Assembly: GCF_036588685.1 (NCBI RefSeq)
Contig: NC_086373.1
Coordinates: forward strand, 51,522,001-51,586,000
DNA from: Mytilus trossulus
Taxonomy: Eukaryota
Direction: 5' to 3'
Length of the DNA: 64,000 nt
The notes below the pieces were generated by a model. It was not told the origin of the DNA and searched no databases. It saw nothing but the letters and a program-made list of their open reading frames with translations. Of this stretch, positions 1-13,054 are shown in pieces (position 1 is the first letter of the stretch; the number at the start of each line of letters is the position of its first letter). A program made the position numbers and the translations under genes.

Positions 1-1046
1 TTGGCATGAAGAAAGGTGATATCTGTACGATTCAGGACATACCTGGTTTGTAAGAGGTTAAACTTAAGATAAAAAATTTAGAAAGCTATGAAAATTGCAA
101 AATTTGGTTGAACAGATAGGGACTTTTAATTGGTGGTCTGACACCTTAAGTTAAAAGTGCACAAACCGAAACTATACCGACCACGTCGGAATAAAAATGT
201 ATGCCCAATTAGCACAAACCGACACATATAAACTACTGTTATTGAAACATAGTAAGCAAGAACACGTTTAATGCACGAAATTAAGTTAATACAATTATAA
301 AAAAAAATTACAGCTCATAAAAAAGTTCACACATATAAAAATAGGGAGGACCATGCGCATGTGCATTCATATTGAGGTCTTTGATACTTAAATTAGAAAT
401 ATTCCTTTATTTTGTTATGTCAACAATTGAAATAATCGGCTTATTAAAACATTTGAATTAAAACAGTTAGCCAAAAGGCTAATGTCAATACTGAAAAGAG
501 ATAACAACTTGTACTTGATATTAATGTTTGTCAGTTATATTAGTGTAAGATTAAAGTTAATCTTTCTTACTATAAAATGTCATTGTGACATAATTTTACA
601 TATCTCATTCTTAAATATGTATCAAAACTTACCAAAAAATATAAATCTACAATATATATAGTATAGTGTTTATAGTCAGTTTGTTTCCATTCAAACACTT
701 AAAGGGATGCGATAGATATCATAGGTGATATTAAAACACAAAAGAAGAACATAAACTACATTAAACTATTATTCTCATGGCCAATATTATTAACGAACAG
801 ATAGCAGCTTGTACATATGTCAGTGTAGGATCGATATTCTATTCATTCCTATCATCAAATAACCCGAATAATCCAGTCGTTATATTACGCTCCCTATCGA
901 TCACTACATTAACGCCTGAATGCATCCACGATAAAAATGCGTCAGACCGGAAAATTGTGACGCGTTGCATTATGGGTATTTTCTAAACATACACAATGGC
1001 GCCAAAATAAGGAGGAGCATAGTAATCCCACAACAAAAGATGTGCA

Positions 1047-4000
1047 ATGGAGTGGGAAAGTAGTGTTTGTTTACATTGTTCACACGTGTTTGACAAGAAT
1101 TTGAAAAGTGAAAGAAGAAGAAAGGTTTCTAACATCTGTGATTTGGATTTTATAGACATTATAGCCAAAACTTATAGCCTTGATTTTGATCTGTTGAAAA
1201 AATTTCTCGACGCGAATGAAGATTTATTTATATGTGCAAAATGTTATAATTCTGTTAAATCAGTTTCAACAAACAGTAAAAAATATGATCAGTCAAAAAC
1301 ATCTTTAACAGATTCTGCCTCCAATGACTTTAAGAACTTGTCTATACAGATAGAATACCGTTCTATTCCCAGTAACAATGTCAATGACAGAAGTGCACTA
1401 AAAAGAAACAGGAGTAGCCTTACTCCCACCAAGTCTGGATGTACGCCTAGAGCTAAGAAACAAGATAAAAATGTCTCAACAACGAAAACACCAAAGAATA
1501 ATAGACGACGTCTCTGCTTCTCTGACAAGAAATCAACACAGTCTCCAGGCCCTAAAGTAAAGGTAAGCATCTGCAACTGAAATTATGATTCAGCCATATA
1601 TGCATGAAAAAAGGATTTTCTTTTTCTTCTTGAGTGTTTGATTAACACAGGATATACATAAAACTGACAAACAAGATTATGTATGATTGCCAATTATACA
1701 GCTCTTAATCCAAGACCCAATGATATGTCATAAATGTAGTAGAACTTTAAAATATGTTACCAGGTTACAGTATGGGTTTATGACTCAGATTCTTGGTACA
1801 TTATTGGAACTACATGTACATAGGTAAAATGTAATTTCAATGTTTTAAATGTAAAAATGTATAAAGTCTACATTTTTTCTAAAGCAAACAGACAGAAAAC
1901 GATTACATGTATACAAAATATATATACATGTACATGTATATAAGCACTCGTATATAAGTACTCATTTATATTTAATGCATGCGCATCAACCTGCATAATG
2001 TTGTCATGGTTGTACAATGCATGTGTACACAATACATTTATTTGTGCAATAAAAGTAACTGTTGAGATTTATCTTTCAGGTGAACATAGGGTATCGTGGA
2101 AGTTCAAGGAACACAGTTTTGAAAGGACATGAGAAGTTGGCATGTCGTGCCTTAGTACATGAAGCAGTACAAAACAGCTGTAAATCACATGTTCGCATTA
2201 GATGCAAAGAAAGAAATTGGCATTGTCATCAAAAAGAAAATCAATAAAGAAATAACAGAAATAGTAAAAAACAAAGACTCCTTATTAAGGTGATCAAATC
2301 TTTCTTCCTTCTCCTGGAAATCCGCCTACAGACAATTAGAGAATAAATGTCCTTTGACAATGGACCTCCTTCAGACAATATGTGGGGAGAAGAAAAAAAA
2401 TGAACCGAGACTTGTCACCAGCATGGCCGTCCTTCTGTTTACCAGAAATCAGCAAATGAACACTATTCAATCTATAAACAGTGTGTTAATGTTCTGAGGA
2501 CATGTTAGAACAAAGGTAAGCATTTTAAGAATTAATTATATAAATATAAATCATGTACAGTACTTCATTTAAATACCAATTCAGTCTTTCCTAGAGGGCC
2601 TTTCAGCATTTCTTTATTATTTTCAGTTCATTGAGATATACATTGTATATGTACTAGGTAATTTGAAATCAAAATAATTCTTCATATATATATATATATA
2701 TGTAATAAGAAAAAATCTGTTCGGCACACATTGATCTTCTTCACATGCAACTAGTTGATGTGGTACTTATATTTGTTGGGAGCATTTGTATAAGAGTTTG
2801 CACTTTATAAAATATTTCTGTTCTTAGGTTGTGTTTTGAATTGACTCTTTGACACAATCCCTTTGTCCATTCGCAACAACATGGTGTTTCAAAAAAATAT
2901 TTATGCAACATTTTTTGGTTCACCTTCAGTTCTCAAATATTATTTGCTTTCCACCGTGATTGAGTTTTAATTATCACAACATCTGCAGTTGTACTGTACA
3001 TTATTAGATATACATTACATGACCAGCAAATCTCAATGGTTTATTTTATTTCTTCAGGTTTATACTACCTTCAACCGAGCAGGACTTAGTAGTTCCTACA
3101 AGTCCACACTGAATACAATTGATAAGCTATGTGAGAAATTTGATGAGCCTGTGAAGAGATGGACAGAGAAACTCAGCAGTGAAACAATAGATCAGAACAC
3201 TTCATTAGGTATACTTAATTATTAATTATAATTATATATAAGGCATGTTCATTTTTACCTACATGTACATGATGTCCATGTACATGCAATATAAAAAGAT
3301 ATGGTATGATTGACAATGAGACAACTCTCCACAAGAGGCCAAAATGACACAGAAATTAACAACTACAAATGTAAAGGTCACCCTATGGCCGTCAACAATG
3401 AGCAAAACCCATACCGCATAGTCAGCTATAAAATGCCCCTAAATGAGCCAAAAACAAATATGTAACACATTAACAAAGGACAACCACTGAATTACAGGCC
3501 TGTAACTATTTAATGAAAGTGTAAAAGGGAGACAAATTCTCTTAATAAAGATGCTTAAATGCTTTTATATCCATGATATCTATTTATTATATGATACATT
3601 ACTTAAGTGAAAATATATATACACGAAAACTATTATATATAGTACATGAACGTTAGTAAGAAAATGTGATATGGATGCCAAACAAAGGTTACAAGAAGTG
3701 TATATACTAGTATACATGTATAAATCGTTTTATTATATTAAAATCTTGATATCATTTGTATTATTTTGTTTTTAAGGTGATCATACATATTCAGCAACCA
3801 GTGATGAAAGTAATGTAGAGAACATTGCCACAGATGATAACATTCTACACATCCAAAGTCCACCAGTAATGTACATAGCAGAACCTATAACAGATGCATG
3901 TACCACTTCAGATTTTACCTCATTAGATACATGTCAAGAGACAGTTCCAAATACAGACTCTCCTATGGAAAAGCAGTATGACTTTGTGGATAATGGTAAG

Positions 4001-7000
4001 CACATGTAATGTGTATTTTCTGTGTGGCTTCCTTATTTTTTTAGAGTAACTCACACTACCGGTAATCTAGAACCACTGAAGTGTTTAAGAAGAACAAGGA
4101 AATAGCTGTCAAAAATAACTTCAAAGCTGTCACTGTCAGTATTGTAATTTTGTTAATATGAGGGTCTAAGTGTGGTGTATATTTATATTGGTTCTTTTCC
4201 TTTATCTAAAACTGAATTGGGGAAATGCTGAGACTTATAAGAGAAAACAGCTTATTTTTGATTCATGGCGTCTCGATGAGACACTAATATTTTGTATACA
4301 TGTGTATCTTGCCAAGTTGTAATTTACCTATCTAATTCTTATATATGTTCTGTGTATCAAATTTGAATTTATTTTACAGGTACATCTGTTCCACCTGGAA
4401 CTACTTTATGTAGCATAGAAAACAACACATCTTATTACACACCAATGCAACCATCAGTACCATGTGAAGAAGATTCTCCATATACAACTAAGTCGTCAGA
4501 AGCAATTCAGGAAACAGGTTCTTTCCAAATCATTATGGACAACTTGAATATGAACCAAAAGACTAGACACAAGACTGAAGATACCAGCAACAAGGTGCAC
4601 AACTTGGTCCATTCAATGGCAGTTAATGATAGAGCAACACCAACCGACCCGCTAGACGAGATACACCCTCAAGCTGACATTCTATCACTATCTAATGAAT
4701 TGTTCATTCCAAGTGACAATGACATACACAATCTGAATGAAGATTTTAAAATTTTGATCCAAAGAGCTTTAGTAGACAACATCCCAGGACTATCTGAGTA
4801 CCGACAAGTTGTGCAGTACCATATACTACATGAGTTTTCACAACAGGCTGAAAAGAAGAGCACAGTTGTGAGTCTTAAATAATTGTAACATTTTGCATGT
4901 AACATCGTATAACAATCTCACCCTTTCTTTTTTGGATGATCAATGCATATGAATGGAGACGTGTCTTTATCCTGTGTTAAGACCCCCCTCCCCTTTTTTT
5001 TTAAATGGCTGGATCTGCCCCTGCACCCTGCCATCAATGTAATTAATAATTCGATATATATGGTGTAAATAATAATCATGTTCAGACAATAAGAAAATGC
5101 ATTAAATAAAAGGGAGAAATATTGCTGAAGAAAAAAGATATTATATTAACATTGAAAATTGTTCAACTTAAAAATGAGAGAGAAAAAATACTGCCAATGT
5201 GTTCTGCATAAATTTTAATTTTAATCAAAACAAGTTCTTGGTGTTTTCTGTAAAAAAATTTAACATATTATTCTTTTTTATAATTATATTATGTTGCTTT
5301 TATTTCCAGATACCATTAGGAATTCTTGAGAAGGATGAAAACATCACAGAACAAATGATTGATGTAATTACACATTTACAACAGTATGTGCCAAAGAGGG
5401 ACAAGAAATTAAAGCCATTATTGTTGGGTGGCGATGCCTTGAGTGTTGAGAGGGGTGAAGCTGCACAGAAAGCCAGAATTGATGCAGTGACATGTGAAGA
5501 CAGATTAGATGGCTTTATATGGAAAAGTGAAGATTGGCATGGCCATGTTATATCACTACAGGTATATATATATCTATTTTTCCTAGTTCCTCTATACAGT
5601 TGTAAGTGCTACTAAATTAAGGAAATTAATATGGAATTTTAAACTCTCATTTATCATCATATTACTATTATAGTGGAATTTCGCTAAATCCCAAGTCTAG
5701 TTGTTGTATCTGATATTCTCATCGATGAACAAAATCCGAAAATAGTATCATGTATACAACTTGAAAATGAACCTCTTATATATTTATCATACGAAAAGCC
5801 TTTGCATCATTATTATTTATACATTTCCATGAGTCGTATGAATTTATTTGTTCTATTTCAAACAATGCTTAAACAATTATGTATACATGTACATGTAACA
5901 AATAAATTTATTTGTTCTAAATATTTTTTATTATTTTCAGGATACCTTCAACCTCCATTTCAAGGGTTCTTCATCTGGTGAAATGGGAACATTGTTCCAA
6001 TTGAAAAATAAATTTGACAGAAGAGGTGTGAAATCAGAGGTACATATACATAAATTTCTTTCCATTTACAAATGTTAGTTTTGTGAAACATTAACAAACA
6101 TGATAAGAAAAGAGCAAATTATCTAACATTGCAAAAATTACAGTGGGAATGTATTGAAACGGTGAAGATTGTTTCATGATTATCATAATTATTTACATGA
6201 CAGTTTACAACTGGTTTTGATATATTTTATCTTCATAAAGATTCTTTTCTGTTGAATGTTATATGCATGTATTTGGTATGAAGACTGGGTAATGAGACAA
6301 CTATTCGCCCAAATGAAGTTGATGTATATTGTATAACTTTCAAATAAAATGTAATTTTTATATTTCAACCTTAATTTTTTTCTTTTCTCTTCTTTATAGG
6401 TGAAAGATGCAGTAAATGATTGTAGAGAATTTTTAAGATTTGTAACAAGAGGATATATAATTCTTGGAGCCATGCACTTGTTAGGTTTTGATTCTTTAGA
6501 TAAATTTAAAGACCTCAATCATACTTCCGACACTCAAAAGAAGGAATTCCTGGAAAAACTTTCACAAGACATAGTAGACAAGTACATTGCTACAGAAAAA
6601 TTTGATTTAGAAGCATTTAAACAAACCAATACACAAGAAGAAGGAAGACATATGTGTGGATATCCGGGGTGCAAGAAAAGTTTTGCTGTAGATGGGAAAT
6701 GTAGATCCAAACACAGGTTTCGGTGTCCGTATAAAGAGTTTGAAGGTGTTATACAGCCAAATAATGAGAATGACCAACAAGTCCAAAGCACCATTGAGGT
6801 CGAAAAAGATAAGAAGGAAGACTTTAAACGCAACTACAGCTGCAGTTTGTTGAGGGATGGGCTTTTTGACTGGTGTAGAGAAGATGCTGCAAGAGAAAAT
6901 GATGGTGAACGTTTAGTTAGAATGTGGCGATTTGACATTCTAAAATTCGCTTTAAACAATCATGTAAAATACAGACTATTAGCTTTTAAATTACATGCAC

Positions 7001-7482
7001 AACTGTTAGCAATATTGCCTCCGAAACAAGCCTTTCAATTGAAAAACAATCGAACTGTTAACATACACGGTGGAAAGGGTGCTAATGTTCCAGGAGACCT
7101 TGCTCTCGAGTTTATGAACATGAGGGCAAAAGATGCGTTAAACTCTCTCAGAGGCAACATGACAAGTGCTTCAATTGAAAGGTGCGGGAGAAGTCTCCAA
7201 GGCTGCAATGACATCATAGATTCCTATACAACAGGATTAAACCAATTTTTTGGAAAGCCTTCAAACACCAAGCCATCAATTCAGAAAGATATTGACATTC
7301 TTGTAAAACATTTACAACCAGAAGAACTTTTTCAAGACATTCCAGGAAGATGTCACAGGACATTTGACAGTATAAGCTCAAATTGCTTAACCAAGTTGGA
7401 TGGACAAAAATTGAACTCTTGGCTCACCAGCAAAAAAGAAGAATTTTCAAAGACACAAAGACTACGGTCTTATTTAGTTTAA
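1047..7482 (+). pseudogene. Spliced Academ/DUF6589-like DDE transposase (8 exons, ~1080 aa), exon 2 disrupted
   Basis: GT-AG exons read by hand: 1047-1562, 2080-2515, 3058-3208, 3777-3995, 4380-4867, 5310-5561, 5941-6039, 6400-7482. Motifs: N-terminal CxxC...CxxC, FQIIMDNLN, LLGGDALS...SEDWH, a C2HC-like CGYPGCKKSF...H...C insert, and NVPGDLALEFMN. Exon 2 is 436 nt (frameshift near 2160) with in-frame TGA at 2291 and 2495; all other exons are open. Confidence 0.8.
3292..3500 (+). repeat. Short interspersed repeat (TGAGACAACTCTCCA family) in transposase intron 3
   Basis: Related to 8920-9160 (reverse orientation), 11365-11430 (fragment) and 22441-22735. Confidence 0.65.
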
Positions 7483-7599
7483 TTACAAATTTAGTGCTTT
7501 GATTTATAAATAGTATGATGGTGCTACATATTTTACCGAACATGTACATTTTTTATTTCTTGTTTGATGAGCTTCATATTTTTTAGTAGTGCTTTTAAT

Positions 7600-8010
7600 G
7601 TGTCCTTCTTTTGAGTTTAAATTGATGTGTGCTTCTTTTGTTCGTACATATGTGCTGTTAGTGCTTTTAGTGTATCGATGTGTCCTGCTTTGTGTTCAAG
7701 TTAATGTTCTGGTTGTTTATATTGATAAAAGTGGCTGTTGTCTGTACATATTTACCTTTTTTTTGTCTATTATTTTGTGTTTTTTTTTTGTACATATTGA
7801 AGTGTGCTACATGTATATATTGATGTGTGTCCTACATGTTTATATTGATGTGTGTCCTACATGTTTATATTGATTTGTGTGCTGCTTTTGATTGTACATA
7901 TTGAAGAGTGCTGTCTGCTGAGTCTGTTTGTATTGTGTTGTTTGTTTATAATGATGTATACTACTTGTGTTTTGATGTGAGCTGCTTTTGTTCGTACATA
8001 TTTGCTGTTA
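7600..8010. repeat. Degenerate TG-rich minisatellite downstream of the transposase stop
   Basis: Recurring ~24-bp units such as TTGATGTGTGTCCTACATGTTTATA (7821-7870). Confidence 0.6.
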
Positions 8011-8919
8011 TCATGGTTATATGCTATTTTTTTCCAATCAACTTGGTAATTGATTTCTGGAGTACTTAACTAGTTTCTAAAAAATAATATTAATTTGAAT
8101 AGAAATTAAAATCATGAATTTGAATTGTTTGAAATTAAGTTGGTACATTTGAATTTATATTAAATTCAGTATCTGATACATGTACTCATTTTTTGGTTGG
8201 ATAATTGTTATTTTAAATGTTTATTTTTAATGATGTTTACTTTGAGGCAACACTAGTCTTTTTGTTTGTTAAACTTAGGTATTAAAGAAATTTTGATAAG
8301 GTCTTTCTAGTAATGAAGAAAATCTGTTTTAAGTAAATATAAATGCCTCCTATCATATATACATGTACATGTGTGTGTTTAGTTTTATTTATGATACATT
8401 TTAATTTATTTTGATCTATTCAGATCTTAAATAAAATTTGAATACAACTTGCATTGTTTTGATTCTATATACTTGTCAGTTTCAGTTATCAAATAAAAGT
8501 CTTTAATGATTGTTAATTCAGAAACTTGTTATTCTTTGTGTTGTGGTTGATGATCCAGTGAGTACAGCTAATTTCCACTGTTGGTTTTCTCCATACCCTT
8601 TGTTGGTGTACCATAACAAAATTTACAAACCTCTAGCTTAAAGAAAGTAGAAACATACCAAATGGGACAATTCAAGGTTAGGTTGGTGCCATCAATTTTA
8701 AACCTGTTAAAATCCACCAAATTCAATACAATGAAATACATGTCTCTTGGTGGCAATCATACCACAATATATGTTTAAAACCATTGAGAAATTAAACAAG
8801 ACAAACAGCAGACATAATAACACTAAAAACTCTGAAATACAACAAATAACTGGAGTTATCCTAGAAGAAGTTACTGTACCATGTGTAATGTCTGGACTAA
8901 TTGATAACTTATTTATGTA

Positions 8920-9160
8920 TGTGCCTGTTCCAAGTCATGAGCCTGTTATTCAGTGGTTGTCGTTTGTTTATGTGTTACATATTTGTTTTTCGTTAATGAA
9001 TTGTTTTACATTGTCTTATCTGGGCCTTTTATAGCTGACTATGCGGTATGGGCTTTGCTCATTGTTGAAGGCTGTACGGTGACCGTTGTTAATGTCTGTG
9101 TCATTTTTGTCTTTTGTGGATAGTTGTCTCATTGGCAATCATACCACATCTTCTTTTTTA
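8920..9160 (-). repeat. Short interspersed repeat (TGAGACAACT family) between the transposase and helicase genes
   Basis: Reverse-complement similarity to 3292-3500 (GTCTCATTGGCAATCATACCACATCTTCTTTTTT end). Confidence 0.65.
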
Positions 9161-9391
9161 TATCATTTTATATTCTTGAATTAATGTTTACTATTGTACA
9201 CCTTGTACCCATCAAACAAACAAGCACACAACAAATTTTGGCAATGAAAAGTCAGTGCAAATAAATAACTATAATATTTCTATTTATTTTAAAAGTACAC
9301 AAGACAATCATGACATTGTGGATATGTTATGTATGAGAAATATTTATGTTACATTGTACTCAAAAAAATACTTATCAACTCAGTATTGTCA

Positions 9392-9630
9392 GAAATCCCA
9401 CACATACCATGCATACAGTTGTACGTATCTTTATCTGAGCATTAAAAATTGAACATCTACAGACATGTAGATTACACGATAAAAAAAATAGAACTTGGAT
9501 GAGTTTATGAAATCCCACACATACCATGCAAACAGTTGTACGTATCTTTATCTGAGCATTTAAAATTGAACATCCATAGACCTGTAGGTTTACACGATAA
9601 AAAAAAACTGAACTTGGTTGAGTTTATGAA
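9392..9630. repeat. Two-copy 117-bp tandem duplication
   Basis: GAAATCCCACACATACCATGCA...GAGTTTAT begins at 9392 and again at 9509. Confidence 0.85.
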
Positions 9631-9755
9631 AATACATTGTAAATATTGTATGTTGCATTTCAAAAACAAAATTCATGCAATATTTGGACACAAAAAATTT
9701 AGAACTTTTGAAAATACATTGTACATATTGTATGACCCTACATCACTGTATGTAC

Positions 9756-12012
9756 TTAGACTTCTTCAATAAGTGTTAAAATATCTGCAGCAAGCTCAGG
9801 GCTAACAAGTCCTAGAGATATCACATCATCTTCACATAACAAATATGGTGCATTTTTTACAATGTGGTCTAAAGCAAAGTCCTCTAACTCACATGAAAGT
9901 TCACTTTCTTCCTCAATAAGACATTCTTTGTAGTCTAATAAGTTTTCACGAAGTAATCGTCGTTGTTCAAGAGAAAGATCTCTTTTAATACCAGTGTTAA
10001 AGTCTTCATCAAGAACCGATGAGTTATTTAATTCCCTACCTAGAAATTGGCTTTCACTACAGAATCCACAGACACACTTTAATTTGCAGTTACTACAGCA
10101 TGTACAAGGAGGATCAGGCTTTATAACACTATAACCACTAGTATCTAATTGAAAGTACGCACACAAAGTATTCCTTAAACAGTCTTCAGTCTTAAAAAAT
10201 TCTCGCACTTCTTCTGAACAGTTTCCCTTAGCCAAGTCATATCCACTGAAGTAGATAATTGAAACGGCTGAGCAACCATCTCTGCCTGCCCTGCCACTTT
10301 CTTGTGAGAATTGCTCTAGACCTCGTGGCCCTCCCCAGTGAATGACACGCTTAATGTCAGGAATGTCTATACCCATTCCAAACGCAATGGTAGCAAAAAC
10401 AACACGCAGAGAACTGTCAAGTTTCTGAAACTCATCCAACACATGACTTTTATTGATATCAGCAGTCGAACGGTGAAACATTCCTATCAATCTATTATCT
10501 AGAGATACACTTCTGTCATGTAATGAAATTCTGAAATACTCATACAAATTGGAACAAGATACAATATTTCTGCAATATATGATTGTCTTTTTGGTTGATT
10601 TTTCAAATTTAAGTAGGTCGTTAATCAACCAGTCTAAATCTGCCAAATTCTTACTACTTTTTTGCACATAATATGATAAATTTGGTCTTTCTGGTATCAC
10701 GGAAATAATGCACGTTTTTTTCATGTCCATATCAAGAGTTTTCATAATGTCTTTCTTTATTGATCTTGTTGCAGTTGCTGTTAAAGTCACAAAAGTAGTT
10801 TTTTTTGGAACAACAGATCGAAGTTCTCCAAGATGACTATACTCCTTGCGAAATTCACCACCCCTGAAATAGCAAAAAAGAAATATATAATGTACAGAAA
10901 TAAACTGACAATCTTCTTAATGCATTAAATGAAGCATACACACAACTCCTTCTTTCCATTTTGAGGCAACCCAATCTATTGGGAAGCATTTTAATCATTT
11001 GTTTTTCAATGAAATTTTATAGTTTTAAAACCAAAAAATAAATCTGTTAACCCTTTTGCTGCCAGGTGTTTTTCAGGGTTGCATTTCATATGCCAGAAAA
11101 TACTACATTGTACCACTCAACATTAATGACGTTACATGCCAAACAGTGACTTCATACCGTATAAATGACCGTTACATTGAAAGCCAATGTTTTAATAAAT
11201 TAAAACATGGACATAAATGTCCCTCCAGCAGTCGGTGTGGACATGTCCATGTCTGTCATATGATATTTGTTTTTCATAATTGTTATGTTAAAGTTTAGTT
11301 GTTGTCTCAACTGAATTGTTCAGATGAAGCTGTCTTTTAAACATCTAATATCCATATCATCTGAACTTTTGTGGATAGCTATAGTTGTCTCGTTGGCCAA
11401 CATACCATACCCACATCTCCTTTTTCATTTTGTGACATACAAAATTGTTGCCTTCATATAACATGTATAAATTTAATCAGTTAACCTTTAACTGTTCATA
11501 AAAAAAATAATAGATAAATACACATTATATAAATTATATCGTAAAAATTACCATTGTGTTATACAGTGAGCCTCATCTATAACAACTGCCTTCAAATTGT
11601 CGTGGAAAACACCCTGTGTAATACATCTCCGCCATGGACCTTTATTCAATACTGCTTCAGGAGAGGAAAACACAATGGAGAATTCACCCTCGATAATTCG
11701 TGCCGGAAAACTTTTGTCTGTTTGCTTTTCCCCAAGGAATGTAGCACTAACACCATTGTTTTCAAGTTTGGTAACCTGGTCAATCATTAGGGCTTGGATA
11801 GGTGATATAACAAGCACTGTCCCTTTGGCGTGGGTTACAAGTTCGTACAATTCTGGCAAATGTGAGTAAATTTTGGACTTGCCGTAACCAGTTGGCAGAA
11901 CAACGAAGGTATCCTGACAGTTAAATATGGATGTAATAGCGAGCTTTTGTTTTTCTTTAAATATAAAGTCATATTTAGCTTCTAAATCTTGTGGGGCTTC
12001 AACGATGTCCAT
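9756..12012 (-). CDS. RecQ-like superfamily-2 DNA helicase of the transposon, 522 aa, 2 exons
   Basis: Exon 1 12012-11552 and exon 2 10863-9756 (GT-AG intron splitting a Trp codon) join in frame (1569 nt). Motifs: LPTGYGKS (I), ISPIQALM (Ia), IDEAHC (II), QWGGEFR aromatic loop, LTATAT (III), ATIAFGMGID (V), QESGRAGRDG (VI) and a C-terminal CLR...CCSNC zinc-binding module. Confidence 0.92.
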
Positions 12013-12029
12013 GTTTTTGTTTTGAATTC

Positions 12030-12140
12030 AACAACCGGAAACTACGGAAGTGAGTTCTGCGCAAAATCATGCATAATTATAATGACCTGCGATCTGATTG
12101 GGCCCTCTCAGCGACAGGGCTGCTGACGCGTCCAATGATC
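12030..12140 (-). promoter_or_regulatory. Putative promoter of the transposon helicase
   Basis: Between the helicase ATG and the right TIR: ETS-like CCGGAA and CGGAAGTG (~12035-12051), and CCAAT-type boxes CTGATTGG (~12094) and TCCAATGA (~12131). Motif matches only. Confidence 0.35.
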
Positions 12141-12330
12141 ATGAAGAATTCAAGCCCTCGAAAGGTGGAGAGAATCGGAGACGGTAAGGGCTTGAATTAT
12201 TCGAGTTAATCATCAAATATCATTTGATATAATTTAACATAGCAAATCATAAACATTTATACGGCAACGTGCCAGAACATATAAAAATAATAATATTATG
12301 ATGTTTACAAATCATCACCTGACATAAACC

Positions 12331-13054
12331 GTGTGCAAAATTCCGGTTCAATCTAATTACTATGTCATGACGCAGAAATATATAGATTTTAACATGAGGC
12401 TCTCGAGAAGGGTTTATATGTTGTTCGACGTACATCTTGTTTATAAAACGTAAATATACATTAAGAATTGAGTACACATAAAATGTAGAATGATGTGATT
12501 CGATGAGATTATATTTTTTATAGTAATTTAAACTAAGTCGTTGTTAAGTTAAGCTAGACAGAAATATTGATTATGACATATGACGTAGTATACACTATGT
12601 CGGCCCTCAGATGGCATAGTTTTGCACACGAAATGTTTTAATATAATATAGATATCGGCATAGAGGCAAAACATCACGTGACATACACCGTGTGCAAAAC
12701 TCTTGACCAATGTTATTACTATGTTCTGACGCAGTAAGATATAAATATGGACATGAGGCTCTCGGGAAGGATTTATATGTTGTTCAACATACATTGTAGT
12801 TATTAAATGTAAATATGCCTTAGGGAAAAAAGTACAAATAAATTATAGAATGATGTTAGTCGATCATATGTTTTTCACTAATTTAAGCCTAGTCTCTGTT
12901 AAGTTAAGCTAGACTAAAAATGATGATAATGACATACGACATAGTATGCACTATGTTGAACCTCAGATGACATAGTTTTGCACACGAAATTTTCTATGTT
13001 AAACCTCAGATGACATAGTTTTGCACACGAAATCTTCTCAGATTGTTATATAAA
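12331..13054 (+). promoter_or_regulatory. MT gene 1 promoter: 5 MREs + TATA
   Basis: TGCACAC (TGCRCNC core) at 12331(-), 12623(+), 12690(-), 12979(+), 13022(+); TATATAAA at 13047. Confidence 0.88.

Larger units (their letters stand above)
860..12208. mobile_element. AcademH-type DNA transposon (transposase + RecQ-like helicase, convergent), 11,349 bp
   Basis: Left end TAACCCGAATAATCCA (860-875) and right end TGAATTATTCGAGTTA (12193-12208) form a 16-bp TIR with 2 mismatches and TA...TA termini. A perfect 9-bp TSD ATCATCAAA lies at 851-859 and 12209-12217. The paralogous empty site near 28030 reads CCT-ATTATCAAA-TATCAC. The gene content and 9-bp TSD fit the known AcademH lineage. Confidence 0.88.

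Noticed and set aside
1-150. Possible right end of a TTAA-targeting (Kolobok-like) element ending GACACC|TTAA, similar to ~40395-40416
   Set aside because: The other end is outside the window, so TIR and TSD cannot be verified.
7589-7873. 94-aa hydrophobic ORF resembling a membrane protein
   Set aside because: It is a translation of a TG-rich degenerate minisatellite with a GTG start and no splice or motif support.
9756-12012. Host RecQ-family gene (WRN/BLM/RECQL)
   Set aside because: It lies inside TIR/TSD-bounded DNA absent from paralogous sites, and lacks the extra domains and many introns of host RecQ genes. No gene symbol assigned.
12247-12794. Recurring minus-strand ORFs MYVEQHINPSREPHV (also at 28036, 28427, 34243)
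   Set aside because: They are the antisense of the duplicated MT promoter module; lengths and frames vary between copies, so the conservation is at DNA level.
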